Shown in pieces: positions 60,115 to 64,000 of a stretch of DNA of 64,000 nt. The notes beneath the pieces were generated by a model, which was not told where the DNA came from, ran no database searches, and saw only the letters and a list, made by a program, of their open reading frames with translations. Source of the DNA: Candidatus Woesearchaeota archaeon (GTDB lineage: Archaea > Nanobdellota > Nanobdellia > Tiddalikarchaeales > Tiddalikarchaeaceae); NCBI GenBank assembly GCA_964457955.1, contig CAYWEY010000005.1, positions 923 through 64,922 on the forward strand, read 5' to 3'. The translations under genes were made by a program, and so were the position numbers. Positions within the stretch are counted from its first letter, which is position 1. Each line of letters starts with the position of its first letter.

Positions 60115-61242
60115 ATGAATCGTTATTATTGTATGATAGTAACATTTATATTTGTATTTTTCTCTTTTTATCTTCTCATGACACTTAGTAATCAGTATTT
60201 CTTTAATTTAAGTAAAAAATATTTGCAGTCAAGAGAAGGAGTTAAGTACATAAGAAAAAAGTGGAATGAAAAAGCAGATAAAGAATTTTTTAAAAATAAT
60301 TTTTACTGCATTCACTGGGGGCAGAAAGAAAGTATTAAAAATTTTTTAAAATATTCCAATCCAGAGGTTGAAGTATGCGCTCAGGCTTACATGAATAATA
60401 ATTTCAACTGCAGATGGGTTGGGGGAATAGGAGTAATGATTGAAGGAGATATAACTCTTGCCGGAAATGATGATTTGCAGACAAACCAGTGGAGTAGTAT
60501 TACAAAAGAAGATGGTAAAAAATATACTTGGGCTGTTGAACGCCTTATTTTTGATGAAAAATCAACAGGCACGGGAGAGGAATCAATGTATGAATTCATT
60601 CTTGGAAAATGGGAATCTAAAAAAATAGTTTTTGATTTTGATAAAATAAGCATTAAAAATCCTGATAAACTGGAAAAACTAGTCCATAATTTTTCACGAT
60701 TTAATCTCCCTTTAATTGATTCCAAAGGCAGAGAACTTGATGCCGAAAACATGGATGAATATTTCTACATTAAGAATTATTCCCATATTGATGAAGAATC
60801 TGAAGGAGAAGATTATGGTTATATTAAGGAGAGTGAAAGTTGGGGCAAGAAAGGTGCAGGAATACTTGTGTATAATTCTTCTACAATGGAAATTTTATTA
60901 TTGAAGCGTTCTCCAAAAGTTAGTTTTGAACCTAAAACTTGGGGTGTTCCTGGAGGAGCGGTGAAGAAAGGAGTGAAGGATTCTTTAATAACTGCTGTTG
61001 CAGAATCAAAAGAAGAGATGAAAAATCTTCCGGAAGGAAGAATCAGAAAGTTTCCTTATGTTTACAAAAAAGAAGGAACTGATTTTACTTACGATACATA
61101 CATTCTTGAAACGAGTGAAGATTTTAGGCCCGAACTGAACTGGGAGAACACTAATTTTATGTGGACAAGAATAGACCAGATTCCTAAAAATATTGAATTA
61201 CATCCAGGAGTTAAGGAATTATTGGATAAATATAAATTTTGA
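60115..61242 (+). CDS. Two-domain protein: unknown N-terminal domain plus C-terminal NUDIX hydrolase (start may be 60178)
   Basis: GAGIL, LLLKRS, WGVPGG...AVAESKEE Nudix box, LNWE...LHPG. Confidence 0.8.
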   Translation: MNRYYCMIVTFIFVFFSFYLLMTLSNQYFFNLSKKYLQSREGVKYIRKKWNEKADKEFFKNNFYCIHWGQKESIKNFLKYSNPEVEVCAQAYMNNNFNCRWVGGIGVMIEGDITLAGNDDLQTNQWSSITKEDGKKYTWAVERLIFDEKSTGTGEESMYEFILGKWESKKIVFDFDKISIKNPDKLEKLVHNFSRFNLPLIDSKGRELDAENMDEYFYIKNYSHIDEESEGEDYGYIKESESWGKKGAGILVYNSSTMEILLLKRSPKVSFEPKTWGVPGGAVKKGVKDSLITAVAESKEEMKNLPEGRIRKFPYVYKKEGTDFTYDTYILETSEDFRPELNWENTNFMWTRIDQIPKNIELHPGVKELLDKYKF

Positions 61243-61277
61243 TAAAACTTTTATATATTCTCTAATTTCTTGTTTTT

Positions 61278-64000
61278 ATGCGTAAATCAATCACTCCCAT
61301 TATTGGTATTGTTATTCTAAGTCTTATGACTATTGTTGCTGTGAGTGTTGCTTTCTTCTGGACAACTGGTGTACAATCAGTTCTTACTGAAGAAGCAGGA
61401 ACTTCAGTTGGTGCTGCATCAGTTTCTGATTGTTCCCGCCTAAGCATTGTCAGCGTGCGTGGTAACAGTATTACTGTAAGTAATACTGGTTGCGATACAG
61501 TTTCTAACATGTCTTTGGTTGTTGATGGTGTTCTTACTAATTATGGTTTGAATGAGTCCTTATCTCCTGGTGAAGCAACCACTGTTTCTTTTGTTGAACC
61601 AATGAGGGCGGGAGAGGAGCATTGCATAACTGTTACTTTACCTAGTGGTGTTAAGAGTACTGAATGCTCGAGTGCTGAGAGCAACACTGAATCAGCAGGT
61701 TATGCTCCGCAGTGCGAGACGAGCATTGACTGTTTTGATAATAATCCATGCACTAATGATAGTTGTGCTGATGGAGCTTGTTTTTATACAGATTTAGAAG
61801 GACAAACCACTAATTGCAGTGTTATAAGTGATTGTGGGGGTTTTGTATGCGCCTGCATGAGTGGTGTGTGCAGTGATAGTTGTGGTGATGGAACATGCCA
61901 ATCATGGGAATCATATTCTTCCTGCACTAATGATTGTGGTTTTTGCCAGGAAGTTGAGAATGATTGTTCTGAAACATGGTTTACTGGCAGTGTTACAACA
62001 ACGGATTATGATAACTGCTCTTGCTGCAGTACTGGTGACTATTTTTATAACGGAAGTGTTGGAGCAGATGCTCTTTACTGCTGGAATGGTTTAATAGAAT
62101 ATGATGTTGATAATACTCAGGAATCTTGGTGTGAAGATAACAGTTCTTTTGTTTGGTTTACTGGCAGTATTAATGGTTCTAACAGTCCCTGTTGTGGTGA
62201 TGATGTGAAATTAGATGTTTTTTATAATAGTAGTCTTTACTGTTATGAAGGAATATCAACTATTGAAGGTGATTTGGATAATAGTGTTTGTTACTGGAAA
62301 AATGAGAACTATACATGGTTTAATGATTTAAGTAAGTGCTGTGGTGATGACGGAATTGAGGATGACTTCTATAATGGCAGTATTAGTAATACAACATTTT
62401 TCTGTCAGGATGGATTATTTACAAAACAACTAATAGACAATAATGAGACTTTGTGCGATTCATGGGGTTATGAATGGTTCAATGGAAGTATAGAATATGG
62501 TGGCACATATTCTTTCAAGAATGATGATTTTGGGAGCAATCCTGAAGGATGGAGTACTATGGAGAGTGGGGGAACAGTTTATGTTATGGATGAATATAAT
62601 GGGCATAAAAAAATAGTTAAAATATATGATAGTGTGCAGTCATGTAATTCAGGTGGAAGAGTTTATTTCACTAACACTTTCTCAAGTCAAACAAATGGTT
62701 CAATAGAGTTCTGGTGGGCTAATGAGGATATGGAGGCTAGTTCAGGACCTTATGGATATGGTGGATGGTTCAGCATAGATGGAGCAAGTTCAGGCACTGA
62801 TGTTATAAGATTGTCCGCGAGCAATATTAATACTTTTGACTGGTATTGTGGAGGAAGCAGGGAGGACAGGATTTCTTTAGAAATAGGAGAATGGTATCAT
62901 GTAAGAGTAGATTTTGATTGTTCTACAGATGTTTATAGTGTATGGCTTAATGGAGAGTTGCTTGATGATGATTGTGCTTTTGAAACCAGTGTTTCCTCAA
63001 TTGACAAGTTCTGGTTCCACACTCCTGGTTGTGAGAAAAACATGATAGGTTATGTTGATTCAGTGAGTTATTCATGGGATGAATATTATGAAATAAGTGA
63101 TAATCTTGCACCAAGATGTTGTGGTGATGATAACAGCACAGACATTTTTTATAATGGAACAATAAATTCAACAAATAATTTCTGCCATGAAGGAATTTTT
63201 ATTAAAAATACTATTGATGAAGATGAATTATTATGCTCTTATTATAATTACACATGGTTAAGTAATATTAGTTCAGGCAATAATAGTGCATGCTGTGGAG
63301 ATGATTCTGAAATCGATAATTTTAACAATGAAACAAGCGGTTTCGGAAGCGTTTGTTATCAGGGAGATTATTATAATGCTTCTTTTGACCAATCGAAAAT
63401 AAATTGTGAAAGTAATGGATTCACATGGTTTAATGGAAGTATTGATTATCCAGCAACTTATAGTTTTACTTCAGAAAGTCAGGGCACTTCAGGAACAAGC
63501 ATTGACTTTATTGATGGTTGGAGTGATTATGCGGGAGTAAGAGAGTTGGAAGTCATGGATGAATACTTGGGTCATCATAAAGTGATTCGTGCTGAAGATA
63601 TGACTGATTGGAATGGTATGCGTGCAGATCATAACCTGGATGCTCCCCAGTCTCAGGGAACGATTGAGTGGTGGATGTTAATGACTGATAAGTACATCAG
63701 TGATCAGAGAGTACTGACTTATGTTATTGATTCAGGAAGCAATCTGGGTTGGAGGATTATGATGGAAAGAGGTAATTTCAGGGATAGTGAGGGCAACGAA
63801 CCAATGGCTTATGAAAATAATAAGTGGTATCATATCAGGGTTGATTTTGACTGCAATGCAGGAGAAAATGGATTATATGACTGGTATGTTAATGGTGAAT
63901 TAATGGGTAAAGATATTTATTTTGAAACAAATATTAGTGAAGTCACTACACTGGTTGCAGTAAGAGGGCATACAGGAACTTATTCAGAAGCTTATTTTGA
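61278..64000 (+). CDS. Pilin-like giant adhesin, 3'-truncated by the window: pilin domain, CCGDD repeats, two lectin/LamG-like domains
   Basis: Manual translation is open from ATG 61278 to the window end: MRKS|ITPIIGIVILSLMT..., four CCGDD motifs, two WYH(V/I)RVDFDC domains; absent from the ORF track. Confidence 0.88.
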   Translation, partial: MRKSITPIIGIVILSLMTIVAVSVAFFWTTGVQSVLTEEAGTSVGAASVSDCSRLSIVSVRGNSITVSNTGCDTVSNMSLVVDGVLTNYGLNESLSPGEATTVSFVEPMRAGEEHCITVTLPSGVKSTECSSAESNTESAGYAPQCETSIDCFDNNPCTNDSCADGACFYTDLEGQTTNCSVISDCGGFVCACMSGVCSDSCGDGTCQSWESYSSCTNDCGFCQEVENDCSETWFTGSVTTTDYDNCSCCSTGDYFYNGSVGADALYCWNGLIEYDVDNTQESWCEDNSSFVWFTGSINGSNSPCCGDDVKLDVFYNSSLYCYEGISTIEGDLDNSVCYWKNENYTWFNDLSKCCGDDGIEDDFYNGSISNTTFFCQDGLFTKQLIDNNETLCDSWGYEWFNGSIEYGGTYSFKNDDFGSNPEGWSTMESGGTVYVMDEYNGHKKIVKIYDSVQSCNSGGRVYFTNTFSSQTNGSIEFWWANEDMEASSGPYGYGGWFSIDGASSGTDVIRLSASNINTFDWYCGGSREDRISLEIGEWYHVRVDFDCSTDVYSVWLNGELLDDDCAFETSVSSIDKFWFHTPGCEKNMIGYVDSVSYSWDEYYEISDNLAPRCCGDDNSTDIFYNGTINSTNNFCHEGIFIKNTIDEDELLCSYYNYTWLSNISSGNNSACCGDDSEIDNFNNETSGFGSVCYQGDYYNASFDQSKINCESNGFTWFNGSIDYPATYSFTSESQGTSGTSIDFIDGWSDYAGVRELEVMDEYLGHHKVIRAEDMTDWNGMRADHNLDAPQSQGTIEWWMLMTDKYISDQRVLTYVIDSGSNLGWRIMMERGNFRDSEGNEPMAYENNKWYHIRVDFDCNAGENGLYDWYVNGELMGKDIYFETNISEVTTLVAVRGHTGTYSEAYF

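Noticed and set aside
184..63174. Numerous 60-180 aa ORFs antisense to or nested in long genes (e.g. 3788-4111, 11685-12173, 22129-22662, 24382-24825, 58962-59411)
   Set aside because: They are shadow ORFs of well-supported genes and carry no motifs of their own.

Overview
An AT-rich, gene-dense archaeal chromosomal segment. Archaeal-type leuS, thrS, pheS/pheT, hisS, rps17e, endA, hjc, nucS and tpiA, many TATA boxes about 29 nt before the ATG, and many cysteine-rich surface proteins suggest a DPANN (Nanoarchaeota/Woesearchaeota-like) organism; this assignment is inference. The window holds two tRNA genes: tRNA-Trp(CCA) with a 45-nt intron carrying a C/D half-guide for its own C34, and tRNA-His(GTG) with an encoded G-1. 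An unannotated box C/D sRNA (16067-16144), mis-absorbed into the ORF track, has guides matching the 16S decoding-site C1402 region and the 16S 3' end next to the anti-SD. Metabolic genes include a class II FBA / TPI / GAPOR glycolytic cluster and a redox and metal cluster (CopB, AmrS radical SAM, hemerythrin, Trx-CcdA, split GlcF plus GlcD, DUF362). Three large modular surface proteins are present, two built on a 'CCGDD' scaffold with swapped-in FG-GAP or lectin-like domains and two starting with a pilin-type N-terminus. The main unexplained locus is a three-gene operon (37890-42759): a tandem dead/active metallophosphoesterase followed by two paralogous helical-repeat proteins. Four broken genes are missed or only partly captured by the ORF track (zinc-ribbon protein, ZIP transporter, dCMP deaminase, DJ-1/PfpI). 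No CRISPR array, rRNA, transposase or integrase was seen.
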